DNA of 56,079 bases from a virus (Duplodnaviria; Caudoviricetes). The notes under the pieces are model-generated. The model made no database searches, was not told the DNA's origin, and saw nothing but the letters and a program-made list of their open reading frames with translations. Numbering within the stretch: position 1 is the first letter of the stretch; every line of letters begins with the position of its first letter. The stretch is from IMG/VR virus record IMGVR_UViG_3300027736_000055, positions 1 to 56,079 of that record. One strand, written 5' to 3'. The position numbers and the translations under genes are program-made. Below, one piece after another: positions 49,201 through 56,079 of this stretch.

Positions 49201-51073
49201 AAGAGAGTTCTTGAAGTATGCCAAGATGGCTCAACAGTTATTCTATGTATCTCAAGGTACAAACTTTGACACAGCTAATCTTAATGATCCTTTCTTGATC
49301 TTCAAGAAGATGATGCAATTGAGTAGAGCTAAGAATACAATCTTCTCTAATGTAGAAGAGTTCTTAGAGCAATCTTTCTTAGGAGTGCTAGGTGATACAA
49401 TGGAAGATGTAAGAAATGCTATTGCTGCATTGTTACCATCCGATCAAGGATTAGCAAGACTTGTATTAGAGAAAACATTACTTCCTTACATTGACCTACC
49501 CGATAATCAGTTTATTAGAATTGCACAAACAGCTGTAGCAGATCTATTTGATTGGGCAGTACAGAATGATGAAGGACAACTTAATACTAAGATTGAAAAG
49601 ATATTAATCAACAAGAAAGGTACAGCCTCTCAAGTGATGACTTTTATCAAGAGTATTAAGAAAGGACATCCTTTATATCAGAACGTTGTAATTGATGCAA
49701 TGGGTGAGAAGCCTGCTGAGAAAGAGAAGCAAGCTAACAACTTGTATATCAAGAACAAAGCTAACAAGGTGTACGATGAGAACAGATACATTTATGGGTT
49801 TGCTCAGATAAAACAATATCTTGAGTCTCAGGGTAAAGGACAGTTGTATGATGATTTAGTATCTCTATCTATATTACAATCAGGTTTGAGAACATCTCCT
49901 ATATCATTTACTTCGTTATTGCCATATGAGGATTTCAAAAATAAGTACGCTGAAACGTTGTCTTATATAAATGAATTTTCTAACTTAGATGAATTTACTA
50001 ACCTCGATGTGTTCAAGAGAAACAACTGGAACAACTCAGACATCGTACCATCTATGTCAGCTAGTTATATCAAAGGTATGTACAATCCTTCGATGAACCA
50101 TTTCTTACCTAAGAAAGCAAAGTCTGCAATTCAAGATGGTAAAGTTCCAATGTTACTACAGGTATCCATCAATAGTATAGATGCTAAAGATGTTGTTAGT
50201 TATAGCTGGGAGAAAGGAAGTACTGCTGAGAAGAAGAGGATGAGAAAAGAAAAAGACTATTCTTATATTAAGAAAGGCTTATTCAAGAAAGTATACGAAG
50301 ACGAAGCACAAACTATACCTTTAATTAGAACTTACATAAACCCTAAGAACGGAAAGGCTTATCTATCTTATGTATACAAGATGGTGAATGCTTGGGGACA
50401 AGGCATATATGCTAATGAATTATACATGGAAGCTAAACCTTCAGTGTTTGATAATGGATATATCAAGGTGGAAGAAAGAACAATGACAGTTAATAGAAGA
50501 TTCCCTAATGGTGAGATTGATCCACAATCATTTATTGATATTAAGTTTAGCCCTGAGGTGAATGATAGTGAGATTGTTAAGCTATACCCTGATGATGCGA
50601 CAATTGATACGTCTTCTGAAATTACACAATCGTCAGTTGCTGCAGTATTACCAATTGAACAAAACTTTACAGATGGACAAGGTAGTCGTAAAATGCAGTC
50701 TAAGTTTGCAGGTAAGTCTACAATGGACCTTATATTATCTGGTGATCGTACTCGTACAACTCGTGCAAAAACAGATATTGCTAGGATGATCAAAGATTAT
50801 GGTTTAACCAAGATTGAAGATCTAGTAGGTAAAATAATTCCTATGACAGATAAATCTGGTAGAATAGCTCAAACTAGAATAACAAAGGTAGTTCCATTTA
50901 CTCAGAAATATCAAGATACTACATGGCAGAAAGAAGGTTGGGAGAAGTCAGTTACTGATAAATTAATAGGTCAATATCCATATGCTATCGAGTTTGAATT
51001 AATACAACCGTCTACTGAACAAACTGATAACTGGCAAGAAGAAGATAACACTTGCACTAACCCAATTGTATAA
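37229..51073 (+). CDS. Giant virion DNA-dependent RNA polymerase polyprotein
   Basis: 4614 aa; RIPSQ...GSDFDID catalytic motif (DFDID at 47555-47569); coiled coils, a zincin-like region and N-terminal hydrophobic helices. Confidence 0.88.
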   Translation: MAEELKPVNLPGYQPTEYTPVETMVPTLKPTASYDEIFNNLLNQSAPKDASAMPTVSSGDINMSGRYPKFFTGLDNEELYAQNQSFAEKAFNGVTKMAGIATSTFINGTVGIVNGIYETSKTGKFNSFYNNDLSNSLNDFQESLNDKYAFYKTERERNGNWWEPSNLLTANFLFDNIVSNMGFALGAGAAGLVTGGLLGTALKGIAKAARLTSLGVDSAAAAESIVSEAAGLSNAEALSAVNSRLNSLWTATKSKIGAGLLKSDRAITALTATAGEAGLEALNNSIQFRTQMIQDYKKNYGVDPEGADLERINQYSESVGNFSFAANTALLSVTNYIQLPKIFSSSFKSEKGILNGVARQAGEVVSTLPQKGFGKLMYGGYKAASALFSPAEAFEEGAQFAIQTGTQNYFARKTRGEKSTIADDAIGYGIKEALTSDEGLLNIFTGGVSGGLMTMGLVGKKDGKIAFGQTGTLGERGLFGYGGEQARLRDEAIPALQKTRLKQNLIAANNNINTAESIQEDRKDAILANDKLESKDLEFDYAHTFISTRLKYGAEEMVYEEIDEMRQEALTDFTKLKKEGVTGQADDQQSFLARLDLVEAQTKHASQLQKALDLKYSGLANKEGKRLYSDNTIDKLVYAAAKVNDYNHRIPQLSVELGKYNISLENILGRVVRGEDVTLEEVNKEIADQLAEYQKTTQLTDTEIADATQEGIDYFELGLRRRQFIGEYNEILKNPENFVTPEEEDLEKTTEEKAAEKKAAEEAVKGPTVKIKTQRGDTEVEIGKEYFVGNKSQTPKGNAFYEFTKFTVLAVNEDGNIKVQFPDGKMGVVAKDGFATYKIGKVESVQNNKKALFFIENANNVYSFNFGKAKGGKVQGRLEYDEGKLNFVFKNAKGKIDSIELHGKHFVAKKGFKQAIVEKVGTLTKAEQKVLDDFTNDKTPDPSVLEKVATVAGTIEVIFDETLETLEDTKDLIQQKTEELGKIEKQLEELGKKVEGPNTVTSKTKRFKATTHRTLQSIKQLTKMRDQLRKELFNLQSEQEELEIRLEDLIVTAEELQDQPGNYRELYDSMRKQREGLNDAILETGLQINKLSNLIDMVENVIESAYKAAKSLIEKFFDKYPGVPLDRDGIIAFLNKNLEDTKAEKAITPTSEAEKILPYTAIAAALYDDINQLDADLAQIDEADVTPNEPIAKQLRDELRALQEELSNYEKQLSAKEGTLKRLRELYKLHKTEADKARAVQLEKELKINEVKEQFLGTIDNSIPTTNHDSNYEPDDKKSLLNIIRASIATTKAFLKKDETLREHHVRANKFGTRFESFRNKDNIYGVLVSKGNGEDRKGNEEELGMTGLIDHIGGNDRTVVLVMVEEQSDGSLLPVDENGKAIVSSEDRINKGIYQVRPDPKLRWSNGETMFREEDKPIEEEVRKVYAKEIDYILNNPSLNKYKITPSFGNADYVTHPDQINPKTNKPIRNRQAKTTLKAAGLIKDDEKNDDLREKKLIYIPTTNDRVEKGSTSYTDALGRVFLDLGNAYVKLKNAQYNNAKATAIYDAVLRLASIGKIKGSTEANDLVSWLRTVVYWGTPKEKLSYNSLFFEDTDDGLKLFISGKGSNIPFTPTSIKANKDNIIALLEEMYHNVNSRQATSDSEYNKPYTEIISVSEGGKMVTRQWPNYQSYLMSDKNPDGSPRNIDEIPLTTEIKPLENAEDSNREGIYFIMDDLNIDEYSKAINKKQPKKTLGTKAAKETVTTAQAKAASTAVASEFTLDGETDNTVSMFKGEVEVKFKVNQDEFYNEDGTVNIESVEVVKGQKFLNDKYNSDNDKILATIRGFIASKVKPQVDDYLSGPIEEQIAPAPEPTEFVLDGETSNLLTMYKGKVVITFKVNANEFYDENGNAVIEEVVIVSGYDELQKNFPEADKDDLIARVRGFVAGKVKPFVDAELENKEDIPQEPIVSSATPDEVSIETTDEMDDIDPNNLPTKEYRMAVLNANEEKLERENWDEIESWLKTTFPNIPVYRVKRMIQASNGRQAWGMYKDGAIYVYENALAGTAYHEVFEAIWDTLVTPKEKSRIYKEVKAREGSFFDRETAKQVKYSTATNHQIKEALAEELIDYVRKGQKPAGPAKSFLEKIFDDIINFFKEMFFGEKGKNNTEKLFEKIGNGYYAQYNPYQSKLSFAKAGFIDIDNAIANGNEEYRYALMGFTDVQWDDLMQQMTYFTVSNLLWDPNNPDKSIFDINVRKKADLYDNLKSNVLEELKMARAILKKEKSTPATEASIKNYESLYQNIKNNWDAIVESHTDYLIPYEIDFDENDNAILRDENNSGKEDYKDANKIDTFRKANTAIKLFLATLPVVDAEGITVMSTVNGPRLQQLSKVKNDIQNVVDKSRKPDEMIGNIKKLAEQNISYKLLAERVTFGIKNFSLDKMTNVGQTSLITGLWKTFAKTNPEVKYVYILSNGDVVIDDSNFSTATDQSMLDLEADLTVALRDPSNKLFTYDAKKKGGGYFANADSLGPKPDTIAGMITFLKRLGIEFDIKDIEKRPQYKTQFMEAVGGMHDSLKEAKKVATISGRSLELRGRLREIAQIEAMIKNPEFDSTHYNINGELTQTFIGRNAHSDLFDMLSQIKNLDELQGTRYEYLMNNADNFSQNSVKMAEMFNRKTGNITVGRSPMLMKNGYFDGIFNSAKGKRVSASKMDYRDRLVAQINLALKGYYFNLVPGDAGMEHMSNMGNSVDLTKSISAQLEMAKPIFKGYFIDEINVSREERKIVIPEDSGRKNTDLRFLKGILDNYEKGLHDKIVAEGNRQLSPTELYDKYADKIDAAIAEYFEFRAATLLETMEDYNLVEQESENVFNVENIAFGEDLSKDELQSKLHSLVLNFAINNIEMHKLVYSDPYFYKDELKRVKNFNSPHQALAAGSANLNTAFDKVWNKLYKTDKKETGGYNNIGYTDFFNDSLVSATLEDVKAVADIKGPWGTYGSWDEGDGGGMIMFQGLRKLRIAAGEWDSNDERQYVYDIAWEKVDKDLYDQLSVEEIEAYDKGNPKVQSAYTPYKPVANGNKDDGKKYNDIVLDKFALFPISYRIMKEFNKEADVNYVNLYNRMQSSGVDYVVFGSGRKVGSNTKHKLYDKDGNFVTDSFGTVEDGGISIIPLTILSNQTDVPTKETSTVTTGSQAVKLMTLDLMEGGVPVDFMRDSDFTTKYQEWVDLSEDEKLETSKLYKEIKNNQKIVEALIKNGMEDTMTILGITKEDGKYVIKPENRTKAYDTLRKEMLRREVNSNVIDSLAGFLNGETILEATPAYRQIKNILYSIADKNIVSRTITGSKKVQMPSTLLETLRPKEVTINGKTGYTSDYLKFYDHPGPDGNPIRVCEIAVRRWFKSDKTDDELMDYFNNTEEGKAQLAAITGIGFRIPSQKQNSIDVFRIAKFLPEEMGDVVIIPSALVRKVGSDFDIDALSMYFKNLRRGKNGYPEVIKYLTADNSTVQERYYNWVIDNADKDVSKYIRFLAKGEVAKLREQFKEQFNSLSESYKTAVEESKALNYEELLDSYKSIKQKINVAQDGYMVELFAQGSKIFRKLSDDLKDKVFELKKEMYMLNINGPEEIRRYLALATILSNQYSTSAQDKKILNDMSSIYQEELRVLGATQEEIDKATAEALAAFRENKSASIKAIGEMVANFKLNEVIPQQEELINAQKLEFATELAEASELDSLSKFESYPIEMQNTKKALQNAYIQSSENLVSSEENYEQLIKPNSADVLIKLTNELLSDRGKVKPDYSKVDTMLVLEDMARIRYNLVTGKRLIGIAAQAQTNHSLNQRLLFTVDPSRRDRIPVEDRKWMGDAEIKFKKFNSVFVNGEKRSTLSMIKDANNDLYISDVNGIIIDGSVDISKDDWLMQMGATPQTIATYLFLIKEGVPVKDVVYFMSQPIIRDYLTKLESKGYSYLFIEDYVEELEDSTNYNKKSSAVVNSIPSFDKLQEMIRKDKDKLTNDEAAMQRFMLREFLKYAKMAQQLFYVSQGTNFDTANLNDPFLIFKKMMQLSRAKNTIFSNVEEFLEQSFLGVLGDTMEDVRNAIAALLPSDQGLARLVLEKTLLPYIDLPDNQFIRIAQTAVADLFDWAVQNDEGQLNTKIEKILINKKGTASQVMTFIKSIKKGHPLYQNVVIDAMGEKPAEKEKQANNLYIKNKANKVYDENRYIYGFAQIKQYLESQGKGQLYDDLVSLSILQSGLRTSPISFTSLLPYEDFKNKYAETLSYINEFSNLDEFTNLDVFKRNNWNNSDIVPSMSASYIKGMYNPSMNHFLPKKAKSAIQDGKVPMLLQVSINSIDAKDVVSYSWEKGSTAEKKRMRKEKDYSYIKKGLFKKVYEDEAQTIPLIRTYINPKNGKAYLSYVYKMVNAWGQGIYANELYMEAKPSVFDNGYIKVEERTMTVNRRFPNGEIDPQSFIDIKFSPEVNDSEIVKLYPDDATIDTSSEITQSSVAAVLPIEQNFTDGQGSRKMQSKFAGKSTMDLILSGDRTRTTRAKTDIARMIKDYGLTKIEDLVGKIIPMTDKSGRIAQTRITKVVPFTQKYQDTTWQKEGWEKSVTDKLIGQYPYAIEFELIQPSTEQTDNWQEEDNTCTNPIV
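42503..43033 (+). repeat. Tandem duplication of an ~80-aa domain inside the RNA polymerase gene (period 291 nt)
   Basis: EFTLDGET...RGFIASKVKPQVD at 42503 versus EFVLDGET...RGFVAGKVKPFVD at 42794. Confidence 0.9.
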
Positions 51074-51075
51074 CA

Positions 51076-54000
51076 ATGAGCTGTAAAGATACACAAAAGT
51101 TTAGAACATCTGAAGCATCCACTAAGGCAGCAATGCGTACACAGGGTGCTATAGATGGCTTTTTGAATATACTCGACTTGGGTTTATTTAGAACACTTAA
51201 TGGTAAGTGGTCTAGAGATGCTAAGGAAAACTTTGATGTACAGGAAATGTTATTCTCTGAAGAGAATAATGGTACAAAGGCTAGGGCTAACAAACCTGCA
51301 TTCAAACAAATTGATAATGCTAAAGGTATTTATTATCAAGAAGACAGTATAGGTCAATCGATTGCAGATGATCAAACAATAGCTAATGTAAAGAAAGCTA
51401 TTGAGCAGATGGAAGTGTCGTTAATGACTCTAGCTGACTACGCAAAGAACTCTGACATAGACACTACAAGTATCAATGGTCTTGCTGACTTAACTAAAAA
51501 CATTATTGCAATTGCAGAAGGTAAAGAAGCAGAAGCACTCACTGAAGAGATGGTTCACGTTTCTACAGCTATTCTTGAGCAAGTTGATCCTAGACTTGTC
51601 ACTGAGATGATATCTAAGATAGATAGATTCAAGATATACAAAATAGTATTCGAACAGTATAAGAACAATCCCAAGTATCAACTTGAGAACGGAAAGCCTA
51701 ACATCCGTAAGATCAAGAAGGAAGCCGTTGATAAGTTAATAGCAGAAGTTATTATTAATAACTCATCTGATATTGAGCAGTTCCCAGAACTACAAGCTGA
51801 AGAAAACATATCTACAATCAGAAGATTTTGGAATGCCATCTTAGACTTATTCAGAAGACAGTATAAGAAGAGTGACATCTCTCTGTTTCAGAAAACTGCT
51901 GGAAGAATTATGGAAGGTGTGGGTACTGCTGATCAGATACAAGGTGGAGGCATATACTTACAACAGAGTACAGAACCAGTTAATAAATTATATGATACGT
52001 TAAGAGACTATGACAAACGTATTGTATTATCTCCTGCAACTTCTACTGACAAACGTTTTTATACTTTTGATGGAACACGTATATTAAAGAGTGTTACAGA
52101 GAAGGTTAAAGGTATGATGAAGTGGGATACCACTGAGTATCAACAAAAGATATACGATCAAATGAAGGAGTGGGGTATTGCTGGACACACATATGTTGAG
52201 CAGTATCTTAATTCAGCATTGATTGATGAGAATGGATTTGCTAGACCTGAACCACTAGCTGTTGATATAGATACAGAGCTACCTGAAAAAGTACAAGTTG
52301 TATTAAACTCCTACCTAAAAGATCTTGTAAACTCTTATGCTCCAGGTACAAGATTCATCACAGAAACTAAGATGGTGAATACAAAACCTAAGGGTATGAT
52401 AGCATCTACTATTGACTTGATAGCAATCGAACCTAATGATACTACAGGAGTTAAGGTGGATGTCTATGACTGGAAGTTTACTTCTATCAATAAAGAGAAA
52501 GAAGAAGATGTGCCTTGGTACAAACAAAAAGAATGGAAGTCTCAGATGGGTGAGTATGCACAGATGTTATATAACATTGGTATAAAGCCTAATCAGATTA
52601 GAAGAGCTAGGATGATTCCTTTCTCAGTGAAGTATGATCCTACAGTGAAGGGAGACTGGTCATCTGAACTAAAGCTAACTGCTGTAGAGATTGGTAAGTT
52701 TGATAACGTTAAAGAGAGTAAGTTATATCTATTACCTGTACCACTTGACTTAGAATCAAGCGGTAACAAACTTGTAGATGAACTTGTTAGATCATTAAAA
52801 CAACAGTATACTAAGTTACAGAAAAGTAAAGTGGAGACTGCTGATAAACCAGCTAAGAAGTTACAACTAAAACAACTAGCTAAGGCTATCCGTAAGTTAC
52901 AGATGACATTAAACTTTGATCCTATATCAAACGTAATGTTCACCTTCTTAAACAATGCAGCAAAGGTCTATAAGACATTTGAGGATATTGATTATGATAA
53001 CATGACTGCTAAGGATATAGAAGTGAAGCTAGGAGAGTTAATTAAGTTTAAAGCCACAGCATCTAAGTTCATTGACATAGATAAAATATTTACATCTATG
53101 TTTGATGAGAAGGAGATGACTTCTGAAGAAAAGAATATATTAACTAATCTAGAAAAACGTTCTGCTTCTGTAAAACGTATGATAGCTAAGTTCAATGTTC
53201 TTCAAGAAGATTATATTGTTCACATAGCATTGAAGACAGGGTTGTCAGAAGAAGACGTACGTTCTGCAGAGAAGCCTATTACATCTTTTATTGAGAAGAA
53301 CTTAATCGAAGCATCTAAGTTATCGTCATCTCTTATAAAGCTAGCTACTAACTTAATGCTTAAGTCTAGAAGTCTTGCTACCAAGAAAGCTAGTGATAAG
53401 ATAGATGAGTACTTTGTAAAGCTTGCTGCATTAGAAACAGAAGCTGCTAAGATGGGTAAGAGTGCATTTGATATGATTGGTAAAGTAGATGATGGTAAAC
53501 TAAGCTTTGTTAAAAAGATTAGTAAGAAGTTCTACGAAAGCTATGATAAAGCTATCAATGATAAGGATAAAGACTTCTTCTTAAAGAACATGGACGTAGA
53601 AGAGTTCAAGAGAAAGGCTAAGGAGATAATTGAAAAGAGTGATGCTGAGCTAGAAAATGTATTGTTCTCTAGTGATCCAGAAGTTAATGATACAGAGCGT
53701 GACTATCAAAAGAAACAAGTACGTAGCTCATTAGATATTGATGCTAAAGACTTTAATGGTTATCAATCTTATTCTTTCCAAGCATTGTTTAAAGAAACAA
53801 TGAAACAAGAAAACTTCTTGTCAGACGACTATAAAGAGATGTCTAAGAATGCTGCAGCTCTTGATGTGTGGAAGTTCTTTACACAATTGAATGAGCATGC
53901 TCGTAAGATGGGATATCTAAATGATAAGGGTAACTCTTTCTTCCCATTAATTGAAGCTGCGTTTGTTCAAAAGGTTTCTCAAACAGGAGACGCAATTGGA

Positions 54001-55938
54001 CAAGCACGTGATTTCTTTAAAGACTTATATACAATAGATCCTAATGAGCAGAATACATATGCTAAGTTTGATGAGGAGACAAGAGCGGTTCGTAAGGAGA
54101 TTCCTAAACTATTTACAAGAACAAACAAGTCAGTGGATCAACTATCAAAAGACTTAACTAAGGTGGGTGTTCTTTGGATTAAGTCGTTGATGGAATATGA
54201 GGAAGCAAACAACTTAGAAAACTTGCTAGTTACATTACTCTCTGTTGAGAGAACAAAAGGACAGGTTGCTGTAAACCCTGCCACTGGTAAGATCATTAGA
54301 AAAGCTGGAGAGGTTGTAGTAGAAAAAGATAAATCTCTTAATGCAGATATACTAGAAATCATTATAAATGATTATCTTTATGGTATACGAGAAGATGATA
54401 CTTCATTCTTCAACATAGGATTAGATACTGTTACTAGTAAGTTCATCACTGATGAGTCTGAAAGAAACGAAAAAGTTGTATCCGTCAAGAAAGGGTTTGA
54501 TAACCTGAACGTCTTGACACAAGGATTAGCTGTGGGTTTAAAGTATCTAATTGCAATTCCTAACTATTTCGGTGTAAACTTCCAAGCATTTATCAACTCT
54601 GGAAACATGTATACTTTCAGTGAGTACATGACAAACCAAGCAAAAGTTGTTGGTGATACAGTGGGTGCTCCATCCCTATCTACTATTGAGAAAGGATTGA
54701 TTGATATGTTTGTTTCATTAAACGAAGGTATTGATGCTGAGAAACAAAGACAACGTGCCATCAAGGAAGGTAAGTATGCTCAGTGGATTAGCTCTTGGAA
54801 CTTCAATGATGTAATGATGTCTACCAACTCATTCCCTGAAAGAAAACTACAGATCGTTAATACATTATCATTCTTACAAAATACAATGCTTGTAGATGGT
54901 AAGCTGGTTAACATTCGTCAATATGTATCTGCTCAAGATAGAGGTAGATATAAACTAAGTTACGCAGAACGTAAAGAGATAGAAGCAACTAAAGAAGAAA
55001 GAATAAAGAAACTAAAAGCTGAGAACTCATTAGTTAATGTTGCTAAAGAAGTGAACGGTAACATTGTTGTTGAAGGACTAACGCAAGAAGCTATTGCTAA
55101 CTATCGTGTAACCATGATAGAATACAGTAGAGATCTAAGTGGTCAGATGAACAATGATAACAAAGCTGGATACAGAAGAGATACAATCTTTAAGTCAGCA
55201 ATGATGTTCAAAGGCTGGATTCCTAAACAAGTTAGCTTACGTACATTAGATATATACAAGAACCTTGAGACTAATGAGTGGCAGTATGGTAGAGCTCGTG
55301 TATTCACCAAGGTATTTGTAGATCAAGGACTTAGATCTATATCTACTATACGAAATATCATGGCAGGTAATGATGAAGGGTTAGCCTACATGAATGCTAT
55401 GTTAGAAGCTAAGAAGGAAGCATATAGAGAGAAAGAAGGTAAAGAGTTAAACATTAGTGAAGAAGAGTTCTATGATTTGATTAGAAGGGAAATAACTAAT
55501 CAGATGAAAGAACTTGGTCTATTAGTAGGCTTACTTGCATTATTACTTTCAGCTAAAGCAGCAGCACCAGATGACGATGATGATGAGTATACTAAGAACA
55601 GATATAAGTTTTGGGCCAAGGCACTTAATAAAATAACAGACGAGGTTCGTTTCTATTATGATCCAGCATCAGTTGAGTCTATAACTAGTGGTAACATTAT
55701 CCCTCAAGTGGGACTTTTAACTAAAGTGGGAAAAGCTTTAGGAGCAATAGCCCAAGAGAGTAGAGGTATGATTACTGGAAATCAAGAGTTGATTGACAAG
55801 TCACATCCTGTTAAATATACTTTAAACTTGGTACCTGGTGGTTCACAGTTTATAAACGAATGGTTACCATTAATATCTCCTGAGTATGCTAAAGAGATAG
55901 GTATCAGAGTAAGTCCTGAAGCTCGACCAGGAAGATAA
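51076..55938 (+). CDS. Large cargo protein with a PD-(D/E)xK nuclease-like domain
   Basis: GIAGH...STIDLI...YDWKF motifs; degenerate zincin motif EEMVH; C-terminal hydrophobic LGLLVGLLALLL. Confidence 0.7.
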   Translation: MSCKDTQKFRTSEASTKAAMRTQGAIDGFLNILDLGLFRTLNGKWSRDAKENFDVQEMLFSEENNGTKARANKPAFKQIDNAKGIYYQEDSIGQSIADDQTIANVKKAIEQMEVSLMTLADYAKNSDIDTTSINGLADLTKNIIAIAEGKEAEALTEEMVHVSTAILEQVDPRLVTEMISKIDRFKIYKIVFEQYKNNPKYQLENGKPNIRKIKKEAVDKLIAEVIINNSSDIEQFPELQAEENISTIRRFWNAILDLFRRQYKKSDISLFQKTAGRIMEGVGTADQIQGGGIYLQQSTEPVNKLYDTLRDYDKRIVLSPATSTDKRFYTFDGTRILKSVTEKVKGMMKWDTTEYQQKIYDQMKEWGIAGHTYVEQYLNSALIDENGFARPEPLAVDIDTELPEKVQVVLNSYLKDLVNSYAPGTRFITETKMVNTKPKGMIASTIDLIAIEPNDTTGVKVDVYDWKFTSINKEKEEDVPWYKQKEWKSQMGEYAQMLYNIGIKPNQIRRARMIPFSVKYDPTVKGDWSSELKLTAVEIGKFDNVKESKLYLLPVPLDLESSGNKLVDELVRSLKQQYTKLQKSKVETADKPAKKLQLKQLAKAIRKLQMTLNFDPISNVMFTFLNNAAKVYKTFEDIDYDNMTAKDIEVKLGELIKFKATASKFIDIDKIFTSMFDEKEMTSEEKNILTNLEKRSASVKRMIAKFNVLQEDYIVHIALKTGLSEEDVRSAEKPITSFIEKNLIEASKLSSSLIKLATNLMLKSRSLATKKASDKIDEYFVKLAALETEAAKMGKSAFDMIGKVDDGKLSFVKKISKKFYESYDKAINDKDKDFFLKNMDVEEFKRKAKEIIEKSDAELENVLFSSDPEVNDTERDYQKKQVRSSLDIDAKDFNGYQSYSFQALFKETMKQENFLSDDYKEMSKNAAALDVWKFFTQLNEHARKMGYLNDKGNSFFPLIEAAFVQKVSQTGDAIGQARDFFKDLYTIDPNEQNTYAKFDEETRAVRKEIPKLFTRTNKSVDQLSKDLTKVGVLWIKSLMEYEEANNLENLLVTLLSVERTKGQVAVNPATGKIIRKAGEVVVEKDKSLNADILEIIINDYLYGIREDDTSFFNIGLDTVTSKFITDESERNEKVVSVKKGFDNLNVLTQGLAVGLKYLIAIPNYFGVNFQAFINSGNMYTFSEYMTNQAKVVGDTVGAPSLSTIEKGLIDMFVSLNEGIDAEKQRQRAIKEGKYAQWISSWNFNDVMMSTNSFPERKLQIVNTLSFLQNTMLVDGKLVNIRQYVSAQDRGRYKLSYAERKEIEATKEERIKKLKAENSLVNVAKEVNGNIVVEGLTQEAIANYRVTMIEYSRDLSGQMNNDNKAGYRRDTIFKSAMMFKGWIPKQVSLRTLDIYKNLETNEWQYGRARVFTKVFVDQGLRSISTIRNIMAGNDEGLAYMNAMLEAKKEAYREKEGKELNISEEEFYDLIRREITNQMKELGLLVGLLALLLSAKAAAPDDDDDEYTKNRYKFWAKALNKITDEVRFYYDPASVESITSGNIIPQVGLLTKVGKALGAIAQESRGMITGNQELIDKSHPVKYTLNLVPGGSQFINEWLPLISPEYAKEIGIRVSPEARPGR

Positions 55939-55965
55939 ATAATTATTTAATATTTTATATCTACC

Positions 55966-56079
55966 ATGGATATATCTTGTAACTCTCCAATAAACAGTTG
56001 TCAAACTGTACCTTGCCCAATCCTATTAAGCTCTGCCTGCGTATTCTACGAAGGTAGTAACTTGATGTGCGTAGGTATC
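55966..56079 (+). CDS. Cys-rich fibre-like protein, truncated by the window end
   Basis: MDISCNSPINSCQTVPCPILLSSACVFYEGSNLMCVGI...; resembles the motif in 19679..20011. Confidence 0.65.
   Translation, partial: MDISCNSPINSCQTVPCPILLSSACVFYEGSNLMCVGI

Noticed and set aside
37678-54764. Many minus-strand and short alternative-frame ORFs inside the giant genes (also 7903, 9481, 12427, 31006, 31396)
   Set aside because: They are antisense or frame shadows of well-supported genes, with no motifs or leaders of their own.
1-56079. Stop-codon reassignment (TAG or TGA)
   Set aside because: Very long ORFs are intact in the standard code, and TAG ends genes at 7218, 12153 and 1023.
1-56079. Diversity-generating retroelement, integrase or CRISPR array
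   Set aside because: I saw no reverse transcriptase, recombinase, adenine-variant repeat pair or spaced repeats by eye; a self dot-plot would confirm this.

Overview
A 56 kb, AT-rich segment of a crAss-like (Crassvirales-type, phi14:2-like) phage. The host is probably Bacteroidota: leaders are A-rich without Shine-Dalgarno sequences and promoters match TTTG-N19-21-TAnnTTTG. It uses the standard genetic code. Bases 1-5298 are a minus-strand arm of short, mostly hypothetical genes with terminators and hairpins. A G-tract-rich strand switch follows at about 5330-5490. The rest is one plus-strand virion module: wHTH and HU-like genes, terminase, portal, scaffold-like protein, major capsid protein, ring/hub/auxiliary-capsid proteins, poly-Thr proteins, a metallophosphoesterase, IHF-like protein, muzzle, cargo proteins, a 4614-aa virion RNA polymerase (DFDID) and a 1620-aa nuclease-bearing cargo protein. 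Most notable: (1) a free-standing GIY-YIG gene and an HNH gene each appear to have taken over the leader and first codons of a virion gene, which restarts just downstream from a duplicated start (synonymously recoded for the GIY-YIG pair); (2) a hairpin at 21050-21077 whose whole loop is antisense to a leader motif found before other genes; (3) a 15-bp palindromic box upstream of three internal promoters; (4) a multi-stem RNA after the capsid gene. All family assignments come from motifs and synteny read by eye; no database searches were run.
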